From an uncultured Pseudobdellovibrionaceae bacterium (GTDB lineage Bacteria; Bdellovibrionota; FAC87; UBA2466): a stretch of 64,000 nt of DNA. The stretch's first letter is position 1. Each line of letters starts with the position of its first letter. The notes under the pieces are model-generated. The model did no database searches, had not been told where the DNA came from, and saw only the letters and a program-made list of their open reading frames with translations. Of this stretch, positions 9,499 through 17,680 are shown one piece after another. A program made the translations under genes and the position numbers. The DNA is taken from positions 7,870 through 71,869 of the forward strand of contig CAZRZK010000012.1 of assembly GCA_964604555.1 (NCBI GenBank). The letters run 5' to 3'.

Positions 9499-10588
9499 AA
9501 TTGCCCTTCTCATCTCATCCTTCTTGGGGAGCATTCTTGCAATAGAGGTTGGGATCCGCCTCATCGATGGAGTTCGCGGAAAGCCCCCCCAAGCGAGAGC
9601 CCATTGGTATTGGGGCTTTGAACAGGATCGATTCCTGGGTTACCGGCCCGCAGCCAATATCAAACTTCAATTGGACAGCACCCACTCTTTCGACACCAAT
9701 TCGGCCGGATTCCGGGATCGCGAAATAGCCATCCATTCCCCCACCCCTCGTCGACTGATTATCTGCATGGGGGAATCGAGCACCTGGGGAATCGGTTCCC
9801 GGAACTTTGAAACGACATGGCCAAAATATTTAGAAAAGCTCCTCCAATCCGAAGACAAAAATTTTGTCGTTCTGAATGCCGGGGTGCCCGCCTACACCAC
9901 GGTAGAAAACCTCCAACTTCTTTCATTGCGGCTCTTAAAATACAGGCCAGAAGCTATCTTATACATGGGCTTTCGAAATGATCTGGTTTCGTATGTAAAC
10001 AGACTGAATAATGCGATCGATCTCGATTTTTATAGCCGCCCCGTCGCCCAGCTCGCTCGCGACCGATTCACTGATTTCTGGATGCAATCGGCAGCAGTCT
10101 CCTATTTCATCTCCCGTTTTAGAAATCATGGCCAACTCGATAAGAGAGCATGGGATATCGCTCATGAAATAAATCGCATGAACCCTCAGGTAACAGCCCT
10201 TGAGCTAGGCCGAGGCAAGCAATTGCTTGATGACAATATTGCATTAATGTCGTTGCTCGCTAAGAGGCACCACAGCCAATTTATTTGGGTAGATCAGGTC
10301 ACTCAGTTCATCGAAGGCTTTGATGAGTTTCGAAAGGATCTCCTCACCCAGGTGCAACAATTAAACATTCCTGTGATTCAAGCCCATTCCATTTATGATC
10401 AAGTCAAATTCCCGCTTCTCGATGACGTTCATTTTTCTGAAAAGGGAAATCGCTATTTAGCAGAGTTAATCGCTCCGCAACTCATGGAAAAATTAAGATC
10501 TCGGAGCTCGCTTACTGCCAGCAATCGCAATCGCCCGACCGATGCGACCGCGGTTACTGAGCTTCACCAGGTGTCGGTTGACCGCTAA
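9479..10588 (+). CDS. membrane-anchored SGNH/GDSL-type hydrolase, paralog 2 (tandem duplicate)
   Basis: 369 aa with the same architecture and motifs (LIICMGESSTWGIGS, DDVHFSEKGNR). It shares identical nucleotide runs with paralog 1: a 37-mer at 8561-8597 and 9603-9639. The GTG start overlaps the paralog 1 stop by 20 nt. Confidence 0.7.
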   Translation: MTKNLFKIALLISSFLGSILAIEVGIRLIDGVRGKPPQARAHWYWGFEQDRFLGYRPAANIKLQLDSTHSFDTNSAGFRDREIAIHSPTPRRLIICMGESSTWGIGSRNFETTWPKYLEKLLQSEDKNFVVLNAGVPAYTTVENLQLLSLRLLKYRPEAILYMGFRNDLVSYVNRLNNAIDLDFYSRPVAQLARDRFTDFWMQSAAVSYFISRFRNHGQLDKRAWDIAHEINRMNPQVTALELGRGKQLLDDNIALMSLLAKRHHSQFIWVDQVTQFIEGFDEFRKDLLTQVQQLNIPVIQAHSIYDQVKFPLLDDVHFSEKGNRYLAELIAPQLMEKLRSRSSLTASNRNRPTDATAVTELHQVSVDR

Positions 10589-11146
10589 ATAGTAGCGAAA
10601 TCGCGGCGCAAACTGCGCGGCGTTGTAAAAGGACCAGTAAGGGAGATCCCAGCCACTTCGCAATGCCTGCACCTTCAATTTAGAAAGGATCCAAGCTCCA
10701 TACATTAAATTCTTTGCAGGTTTTAAAAGATCGGTGCGGGTTGCTTTTGGAAACTCTTTGCGGAACATTTCATTGGCCAGCCATGATTTGCGAATTTGGC
10801 AGATTCCCAACTCTCCATGGGCTCCCTCAGGCAAATTCTCCCGAAAGCTGCTCTCCTGATACGTGAGCGACATCAACAAGATCGGATCAATCTTATAATG
10901 GGTGGCTGCACGGTAAATCCCCTCCGCCAACTCCCATTTTTTTGCTGCCACCAGCCGAGGCTGTAAGGTGGAAATAGCCTGAGAAAGCTCACTGACACGA
11001 TAGACCTCTAATCGGGACAAGCCGGTCATATCGGCTAAAGCGACGGTGCCAATTGTGCTGATTGTGAAAATTGCAATGAAGATTCTATTTAAACGCATAC
11101 GTACCACACTCCTGCCCCCTGTATTTTGCAAGGAGTGCACCAGCAA
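10493..11146 (-). CDS. lytic transglycosylase (SLT domain) protein
   Basis: SLT catalytic region LMSLTYQESSFRENL...GICQI. The likely true start is the Met at 11098 (MRLNRIFIAIFTISTIGTVALA signal peptide). The 3' end overlaps the convergent SGNH paralog 2 by 96 nt. Confidence 0.8.
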   Translation of the reverse strand: MLVHSLQNTGGRSVVRMRLNRIFIAIFTISTIGTVALADMTGLSRLEVYRVSELSQAISTLQPRLVAAKKWELAEGIYRAATHYKIDPILLMSLTYQESSFRENLPEGAHGELGICQIRKSWLANEMFRKEFPKATRTDLLKPAKNLMYGAWILSKLKVQALRSGWDLPYWSFYNAAQFAPRFRYYLAVNRHLVKLSNRGRIGRAIAIAGSKRAPRS

Positions 11147-11255
11147 TCATGAAATTTTCAGGCTCAAAATGAGAGCTCAGATTATGTTTTTGTGTCGAAC
11201 TTATGGACGTTGTTTAGGGCTTGTTCATTTTGAAGACTGATAGTATGCAGCAGTA

Positions 11256-13337
11256 ATGAAGGCTATTTTATTATTCTTAGTCGTACTTTCTTTTCCACTC
11301 CAAGCTGCGCAGCCATCTAAGGCCGAATGGACATTCCTCTTCTATATTGGCAGCGATGAAGAGGAGGTGCGACGTCCCACCATGGAAATGCTGAAAAACA
11401 TCGAAAAAACACCCGGGCTGGTTAAAAACGGCCCGATCAATGTCATCGCCCAGGTGGATGATGTGGATGACGACCCCAATTACCGATACCAACTTCTGTT
11501 TCAGAAAGATGGTAATAGGACTCTCGAGATCCAAAGCCCAGCTATTCCCGAGAAGCAAATCGGCCTCGACTTTAAATACAAAGAACTCGATAGCGGAAAT
11601 GTCGTCACCTTTAAAGAATTTGTGCAATGGGGGATGCAGGCTTATCCCGCCAAACATTATGCCGTCATCATAGGCGGCCACACTTGGGCCACCAGTGGCG
11701 TGATCCAAGATTTCTTTGATGGAGAGAAACTAGAGATGTCCTCCATCATCAAACTCTATGAACTGCGACGCGCGCTGGAAGAGGTGATCCGGGAAGATCA
11801 ACTCCGGAAAACTCCGCTCTTGAAGGATGGGAAATTTGATCTCTTCTTTGCTGATGCCTGCATCATGGGGCAATTTGAGGTCGCGCTTGAACTGGAAAAA
11901 CAGTTTAAATACTTTGCCGGCTCGAGTGTCGAGATGCCCTTCCATAGCGTTCCTTATTCGAGAGTTTTTTCGCACCTCTTAAAAGCTCTGGCGGAGAACA
12001 AAGAGAAAAAACTTTCCGAAACGGAACTCACCGAGCAGGGGCTGATCCGTCCCTTGATCCGAGAATTTGCCACAAGCCATGGTCCTCAAGGCGAACTCGC
12101 GAAAGCGGAAGGAGAAGTGGACATCACGGCCGCCTTCGCCCTGCGCACCGATAAATTAAGAAAAGTTTCCACTTCATTAAAAGCGCTGACCTCTCTCTTG
12201 CTCTCAAAGCCTTATATAGATCACCGAGAGGCGATCTTGCGCGAAATCAAACCAGCGGCCGATGCTGATCGCAACGCCGATCTCTATTACCTCACCGAAC
12301 TTTTTGATAATTACTTTCAACGTCATAAAAAAGAGGATGAAAAAACCTGGCAAAAAGCGATCGACACAAACCTTACCCTCCGCAAATCTTTGGGAGTTCT
12401 GGCCACTAATTACGCTGTCAAACCGATCGCGCTCCAACATGAAGAAGCCGAAGGAGCGATGCTTAAGATCGAAGTCGATACGATGCCCGGCAAAGAGATG
12501 ATCGCCTGCCTATCCCTGCGCAATCTTTACCTCTTAAATCCAAAACTCAGAGATGCCCTCCCCACTTTCCTCAATGCAAAGGGGAAAAAGGTGGACATGA
12601 AAAATCTGGACTGTCATGAAGCAGCCCTCGAGGTGAAATACGATGCCCAACAGGCCAAACCTTTGTTTGAAAAGGCCTGGAAAATAAAAGAGACGTTGGG
12701 AATGACCCTCGAATGGCCCACCAAGATGCCTGGTTACCTCATCGACCTCCCCTATTCCGAGGTGGAAAAAGAGAAAATCCACAAGGGGACCGCAAAACAA
12801 CAGAAGTTAGATGAGATCACCATCGCCAAACGGACCCTTTCCCTGTGGATCCCTAAAAAAGGCAAAACATTGCAGCGTGAAGTAATCGCCCGGCTTCCTG
12901 GATCCCATCGGATCGCCATCGATTATCTTTCCCAGGAACCCAAAATTGCCGAAAAATATAAGAGCTTCACCTTAAAAACCGTTTCAATTCCGGTCGATCC
13001 CTACCAAATCGTAGAGAATCCCAAGAAGTTGGCGAACCCCGATGTCCCGAATGAACCGGGACTCTATGTAATTCTGGCCAACAGCAACGGATCCTACTTC
13101 AAAAATGGCCTCGGCATCTACCTCAATCGGAAATATGCGAATGGCTACTATACTGGCGGCCGGACTCCCATCGAGCAGATAGAGAAAGAGCCCTATCAAC
13201 TGCAGGTTCAGCAGATGATGAAGGATCTGATCGGCAAAAAGGCACAGAACACCTACACCATCCATGGAAACGATTTCTATCGCCTGCACCGGGTGATCGA
13301 GACCGGATGGGACCAATTCATCTTTACAGGTCCCTGA
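11256..13337 (+). CDS. secreted clostripain-like (peptidase C11 family) cysteine protease with a long C-terminal extension
   Basis: Signal peptide MKAILLFLVVLSFPLQA. N-terminal WTFLFYIGSDEE segment. His motif is AVIIGGHTWATSG and Cys motif is LFFADACIMGQFE, as in the C11 His/Cys dyad. About 390 aa of unassigned C-terminal sequence follows. Confidence 0.7.
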   Translation: MKAILLFLVVLSFPLQAAQPSKAEWTFLFYIGSDEEEVRRPTMEMLKNIEKTPGLVKNGPINVIAQVDDVDDDPNYRYQLLFQKDGNRTLEIQSPAIPEKQIGLDFKYKELDSGNVVTFKEFVQWGMQAYPAKHYAVIIGGHTWATSGVIQDFFDGEKLEMSSIIKLYELRRALEEVIREDQLRKTPLLKDGKFDLFFADACIMGQFEVALELEKQFKYFAGSSVEMPFHSVPYSRVFSHLLKALAENKEKKLSETELTEQGLIRPLIREFATSHGPQGELAKAEGEVDITAAFALRTDKLRKVSTSLKALTSLLLSKPYIDHREAILREIKPAADADRNADLYYLTELFDNYFQRHKKEDEKTWQKAIDTNLTLRKSLGVLATNYAVKPIALQHEEAEGAMLKIEVDTMPGKEMIACLSLRNLYLLNPKLRDALPTFLNAKGKKVDMKNLDCHEAALEVKYDAQQAKPLFEKAWKIKETLGMTLEWPTKMPGYLIDLPYSEVEKEKIHKGTAKQQKLDEITIAKRTLSLWIPKKGKTLQREVIARLPGSHRIAIDYLSQEPKIAEKYKSFTLKTVSIPVDPYQIVENPKKLANPDVPNEPGLYVILANSNGSYFKNGLGIYLNRKYANGYYTGGRTPIEQIEKEPYQLQVQQMMKDLIGKKAQNTYTIHGNDFYRLHRVIETGWDQFIFTGP

Positions 13338-13394
13338 TCCTCAGGCATAAATTCCGTTTGTCGTTTTAACATTTTAGTTCACGCGAGGGAACGC

Positions 13395-15503
13395 ATGGAA
13401 TTTTTGATTATCTTTGGAATATCGGGTATCGCCATGGTATTCGCCTATCTCTTCTACAACTTTGTGATGAAACAGGAAACCGGCACGGCTCAGATGCAAA
13501 CCATCGCCGCTGCGATCAAGGAAGGGGCCGAAGCCTTTCTCCGACGCCAGAATAAAACCATTTTTGTCCTCAGCATCGTCTTCGCAATCCTGTTGTTCTT
13601 TTTCTACAGCAGCCATAAAGGAACCGATCAGGCTCTAAAAATGACCATCGGCTTCCTCTTAGGAGCCCTCTCTTCGGCGGTTGCCGGCTTTATCGGAATG
13701 TATGTTTCCATTCGAGCGAACCTGCGATCGGCATCGGCCGCCCGGAGTAGCCTCAACCTGGCATTGCAAGTCGCCTTAAGAGGCGGTGCCGTTTCCGGAC
13801 TGGCCGTCACCGCGATGAGCCTTTTAGGAGTCACTGGACTCTTCGTTCTCTTCGGCGGACGCGCCACCTCATCAGCTGTTGAATTAAAAGACATCGCCCT
13901 CCAAGTGGTCGGCTATGGATTCGGAGCCAGCTTCGTTGCTCTCTTCGCCCAACTCGGTGGTGGAATTTACACCAAAGCCGCGGACGTCGGTGCCGACCTT
14001 GTCGGTAAAGTAGAAGCCGGAATTCCGGAAGATGATCCTCGGAACCCTGCTGTTATCGCCGATCTCGTAGGCGATAACGTTGGCGACTGCGCCGGCCGCG
14101 GAGCCGATTTATTTGAATCTACCGCCGCTGAAAACGTCGGTGCGATGGTCTTAGGCGCCTTCTTGGCTATGAAAAATCCCGCCTTGGGCGTGGGAGCAGT
14201 CTTCTTCCCTCTCGTCGCACGGGCCTTTGGAATCATTGCCAGCATCATCGGAATCTTTGCGGTGAAAATGACCAGCGAAGATGAAGATCCGATGAAGGCC
14301 TTGAACCGCGGTTATTATGTCGCCACCGTCCTTGCGATTGCAGGATTCTACGGCGCCGTGAAATGGTTGCTCCCCTTCGAAGGCAACATTTGGTTCTTCT
14401 ATGCCGGAGTCGTTGGCGTGGTGACCAGCTTCCTCTTTGTGTGGATTACCCAATACTACACCGAATACAAATACAGACCCGTTCGAAGCATCGCTGAAAG
14501 CTGTGTGACGGGACCTGCCACCAACATCATCACCGGCTATGCCGTGGGATTGGAATGCACCGCCGCCCCCGTGGTCGTGATTTCTGTCGCTATTTTCTTG
14601 GCCCATTGGATGGGAGAACAAGCCCTTCCCAATGGCGGACTCTACGGAACCGCCGTGGCCACGATGGGAATGCTCTCCACCGCCGCTTACATTCTGGCGA
14701 TGGATACCTTCGGACCCATCACCGATAACGCCGGTGGAATCGTCGAGATGTCGGGACAGCCGGAAGATATCCGGAAACGGACCGATCGTTTAGACTCGGT
14801 GGGGAACACCACGAAAGCACTCACGAAAGGATACGCCATTGGAAGCGCCGCACTCGCCGCCTTCCTCCTCTTCTCGGCCTATCTCGATGAAGTGAGCGAT
14901 CTTCTTGGAAGAGAATTCCGTTCCGTCGATATCGCCAAGATCCCGGTCTTCATTGGAGCGCTTGTAGGAGGAGGACTCGTTTTCCTCTTCTCCGCCCTCG
15001 CCATACGAGCGGTGGGAACGGTTGCTCAATATGTGATCGTGGAAGTGCGACGGCAATTTAAGGAAAACTCGGGCATCATGGCCGGCACCTCGAAACCGGA
15101 TTATGGCCGTTGCGTTGACATCGTCACTGTAGGTGCACTCAAGGCGATGGTGTTGCCGGGCGTCTTAGCCGTAGTCGTTCCCCTTGCCGTGGGAATCCTC
15201 TTTAAAAATATCAGCTCTGAGCAGGGAGCCGGAGCGGAAGCGGTGGCCGGCCTTTTGATGGTCGGAACCATTACCGGAATCCTCATGGCCACCCTCTTAA
15301 ACAATGCCGGTGGTGCTTGGGATAACGCCAAGAAATACATCGAGACCGGTGCCCATGGCGGAAAACGATCCGAGCCTCACAAAGCGGCGGTCGTGGGAGA
15401 CACCGTCGGCGATCCGTTTAAAGACACGGCGGGCCCTTCGCTCCACGTGCTCATTAAACTGCTCTCGACCGTAACCCTGTTACTGGCCCCGCTGTTTATT
15501 TAA
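13395..15503 (+). CDS. hppA: membrane-bound ion-translocating pyrophosphatase
   Basis: 702-aa polytopic protein with the canonical motifs GGGIYTKAADVGADLVGKVEAGIPEDDPRNPAVIADLVGDNVGDCAGRGADLFES and GGAWDNAKKYIE...VGDTVGDPFKDTAGPSL. Confidence 0.95.
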   Translation: MEFLIIFGISGIAMVFAYLFYNFVMKQETGTAQMQTIAAAIKEGAEAFLRRQNKTIFVLSIVFAILLFFFYSSHKGTDQALKMTIGFLLGALSSAVAGFIGMYVSIRANLRSASAARSSLNLALQVALRGGAVSGLAVTAMSLLGVTGLFVLFGGRATSSAVELKDIALQVVGYGFGASFVALFAQLGGGIYTKAADVGADLVGKVEAGIPEDDPRNPAVIADLVGDNVGDCAGRGADLFESTAAENVGAMVLGAFLAMKNPALGVGAVFFPLVARAFGIIASIIGIFAVKMTSEDEDPMKALNRGYYVATVLAIAGFYGAVKWLLPFEGNIWFFYAGVVGVVTSFLFVWITQYYTEYKYRPVRSIAESCVTGPATNIITGYAVGLECTAAPVVVISVAIFLAHWMGEQALPNGGLYGTAVATMGMLSTAAYILAMDTFGPITDNAGGIVEMSGQPEDIRKRTDRLDSVGNTTKALTKGYAIGSAALAAFLLFSAYLDEVSDLLGREFRSVDIAKIPVFIGALVGGGLVFLFSALAIRAVGTVAQYVIVEVRRQFKENSGIMAGTSKPDYGRCVDIVTVGALKAMVLPGVLAVVVPLAVGILFKNISSEQGAGAEAVAGLLMVGTITGILMATLLNNAGGAWDNAKKYIETGAHGGKRSEPHKAAVVGDTVGDPFKDTAGPSLHVLIKLLSTVTLLLAPLFI

Positions 15504-15507
15504 ATTC

Positions 15508-15567
15508 ATTGCCGCGTCGCCCTTCAGGCTCCTCGTCATTGCGAGGAGCCGAAGGCGACGAAGCAAT
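15508..15567. repeat. hairpin copy of the dispersed GTCATTGCGAGG...GACGAAGCAAT repeat family
   Basis: ATTGCCGCGTCGCCCTTCAGGCTCCTCG-TCATTG-CGAGGAGCCGAAGGCGACGAAGCAAT forms an imperfect hairpin. It starts 5 nt after the hppA stop codon. Related units occur at 20083-20178, 39182-39293 and 48358-48432. Confidence 0.75.
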
Positions 15568-15568
15568 C

Positions 15569-15810
15569 TTGCTCTGTTGAAATCATCGTCTTTTATCCGA
15601 TTTTGTCGGGTATCGGGCTGGCTTGACGTCTTCGCCACTTTACTAAACTTCTCCAGCACGAAAGTTAAAGAGCTCCAAAGCGCAAGGAACAAAGACCTCT
15701 CGAAGCTTCAGAACCATTAGCCTCGCAGATTATCTGAGTTTCTACGTCAGCCGGTAGGCGAGTCCAAACCCGACAAAATTGGATAAAAGACGATGATTTC
15801 AACAGAGCAA
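15569..15810. repeat. 42-bp near-perfect inverted-repeat pair flanking a 158-bp spacer (MITE-like or invertible-segment-like element)
   Basis: Left arm at 15569-15610 is TTGCTCTGTTGAAATCATCGTCTTTTATCCGATTTTGTCGGG. Right arm at 15769-15810 is CCCGACAAAATTGGATAAAAGACGATGATTTCAACAGAGCAA. I compared the reverse complement by hand: 41 of 42 positions match. Confidence 0.8.
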
Positions 15811-15922
15811 AGCGATCTCGTTAATCAGAAAGTATATCCTTAAATTTCAACGGCTTAATATCGAATTAGGTACTGTCTATTTAATTGGGTAGTGAATTAC
15901 GTACTATCGTGCTATCTTATCC

Positions 15923-16972
15923 TTGTCTATGCTCATGCTCCGTCAACTATTAGAGACTCTTGGAACAATCCCAACGACGACAGCATGGTATCTTTCTGAT
16001 CTGGCTGAGGCGCGTGGAAAGCAAGAATTATTTACTAAACAAGCCCCTCAAAGATTGCGCACGCTGCGAGAGCATGCACTAATAGAAAGCGCGGTTTCAA
16101 GTAATCGAATCGAAGGGGTAGAAATTGACGGGTCTCGCGTTGCAACGGTGGTATTTGGCCGACGGATTTTGAGGGATCGAGACGAAGAAGAGGTACGTGG
16201 CTATCGAAATGCACTCTCTCTCATTCACGCCAAAGGCTCTTTGTTGAAAATATCGGAAAAAACGATCCAAGAATTGCATCGACTTTCTCGCGGAGAGATC
16301 TGGGATGCCGGGAAATACAAGGAAAAGGACAGCGACATTATCGAACATTTGCCCGATGGGAGAACCCGCCTTCGGTTTGCAACAGTCAAGGCTAGGGACA
16401 CACAAAGGATGATGAGTGAACTGATCGAATCATGGGATGAATCGACCCGAGTTCGCGAGTTGATGCCCCTCATCGCATTGACTACGTTCAACCTCGATTT
16501 CCTCTGCATTCACCCTTTTCGGGATGGTAATGGAAGAGCCTCACGCCTTCTCCTTTTACTCCAGTGTTATCACCTTGGTTTTGAAGTCGGAAAGTATATC
16601 AGCCTGGAGCGAATCATTGAGGATAACAAAGAACGCTATTATGAGGCATTGGAACTCAGCTCCAGAGGATGGCATGAAGGGAAGGCAGATCCATGGCCTT
16701 ACACCAATTTTATCCTATCGATATTGCGAACGGCCTACAAAGAGTTCGAAGCCCGAGTTGGAAAGAGTTCCCCTAAACGCGGCGAAAAGCGAGAAATCAT
16801 TATCACCGCCATCAATAACATGAATGTACCGTTTCGAGTCGCCGACCTTCAACGTGCATGCCCGGCGGTCGGTATCGTCCACATTCGCAAGACACTGGCT
16901 GAATTAAAAAAGAAGAAAAAAGTGAAATGCCTCGGAAGAGGGCAAGCAGCAGAATGGACACGGATGAAATGA
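15923..16972 (+). CDS. Fic family protein (class II, N-terminal inhibitory motif) with a C-terminal wHTH-like tail
   Basis: Fic core motif HPFRDGNGRASRLL. Inhibitory-helix-type motif SxxxEG is present (SSNRIEG). The longest ORF begins at a TTG; ATG alternatives lie at 15929 and 15935. Confidence 0.85.
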   Translation: MSMLMLRQLLETLGTIPTTTAWYLSDLAEARGKQELFTKQAPQRLRTLREHALIESAVSSNRIEGVEIDGSRVATVVFGRRILRDRDEEEVRGYRNALSLIHAKGSLLKISEKTIQELHRLSRGEIWDAGKYKEKDSDIIEHLPDGRTRLRFATVKARDTQRMMSELIESWDESTRVRELMPLIALTTFNLDFLCIHPFRDGNGRASRLLLLLQCYHLGFEVGKYISLERIIEDNKERYYEALELSSRGWHEGKADPWPYTNFILSILRTAYKEFEARVGKSSPKRGEKREIIITAINNMNVPFRVADLQRACPAVGIVHIRKTLAELKKKKKVKCLGRGQAAEWTRMK

Positions 16973-17064
16973 CCCTCTTGTTATGGCGCGGCCTGCGGTT
17001 GCAGGCCACGGCAATCGAGCTAGAACGCCCTTTTTATGTTATGCTGTTAAAATAGGAGAAAATT

Positions 17065-17679
17065 ATGGCGACCAGTTTCGGAGCAATGTTTATCCAAGGC
17101 GGATGGGTCATGTGGCCCCTCCTTCTTTTTTCCATTTTGACATGGGCAGTCATCCTTGAAAGAGCCTATGTCTATCTTTCCTTTCGTCCCAAACTCAACA
17201 AGCTGGTGAATACACTCCAAACCGCTCTTAAAACTGGCGACCTCGCCACTGCAAAACAGGTTTGCCACTCCACAGGAAGTTTCATTGGCGAGATGTTTTT
17301 AGGTGCATTGGACACCACAAAACCCCGAGAAAGCCTGGAACGCACCGTCGACCGAAATAAACTCCGCACAGTCAACTACCTCAAGAAAAACCTTTGGATT
17401 CTGGGCACCATTGGCAGTGCAAGCCCCTTCGTAGGCCTCTTAGGAACGGTCGTAGGAATTGTAAAAGCCTTCCGGGACATGGGAGAAAAGGGAGCGGGCG
17501 GGTTTAGTGTCGTAGCATCTGGTATATCGGAAGCCCTTATCGCCACTGCAGCGGGCTTGGTGGTCGCGATTATCGCCGTCTTGACCTACAACATCTTCGT
17601 GACCCTCGCGAACCAAACTGTCAGCCAACTCAAACTGGCCATTGAAGAGACTTTGGATAGTGCACAAGGAGGCCACTAA
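17065..17679 (+). CDS. MotA/TolQ/ExbB proton-channel family protein
   Basis: 204 aa, three-TM pattern. Conserved C-terminal region LGTIGSASPFVGLLGTVVGIVKAF...SGISEALIATAAGLVVAIIAV. Confidence 0.85.
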   Translation: MATSFGAMFIQGGWVMWPLLLFSILTWAVILERAYVYLSFRPKLNKLVNTLQTALKTGDLATAKQVCHSTGSFIGEMFLGALDTTKPRESLERTVDRNKLRTVNYLKKNLWILGTIGSASPFVGLLGTVVGIVKAFRDMGEKGAGGFSVVASGISEALIATAAGLVVAIIAVLTYNIFVTLANQTVSQLKLAIEETLDSAQGGH

Positions 17680-17680
17680 G

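Noticed and set aside
15480-15692. 70-aa minus-strand ORF downstream of hppA.
   Set aside because: It is made entirely from the family hairpin repeat and the left 42-bp inverted-repeat arm. Repeat-derived pseudo-ORFs of this kind (…LLRRLRLLAMTRSLKGDA…) are typical mis-annotations.
15611-15768. TTGACG-15 nt-TAAACT inside the 158-bp core of the inverted-repeat element, considered as an invertible promoter.
   Set aside because: The 15-nt spacer is short, the -10 element is poor, and no recombinase is nearby. I kept it only as a remark within the inverted-repeat finding, not as a promoter feature.
16990-17007. GGCCTGC-GGTT-GCAGGCC hairpin after the first Fic gene, considered as a terminator.
   Set aside because: The stem is GC-rich, but it is followed by ACGGCAATCG with no U-tract. 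That is too weak to call.
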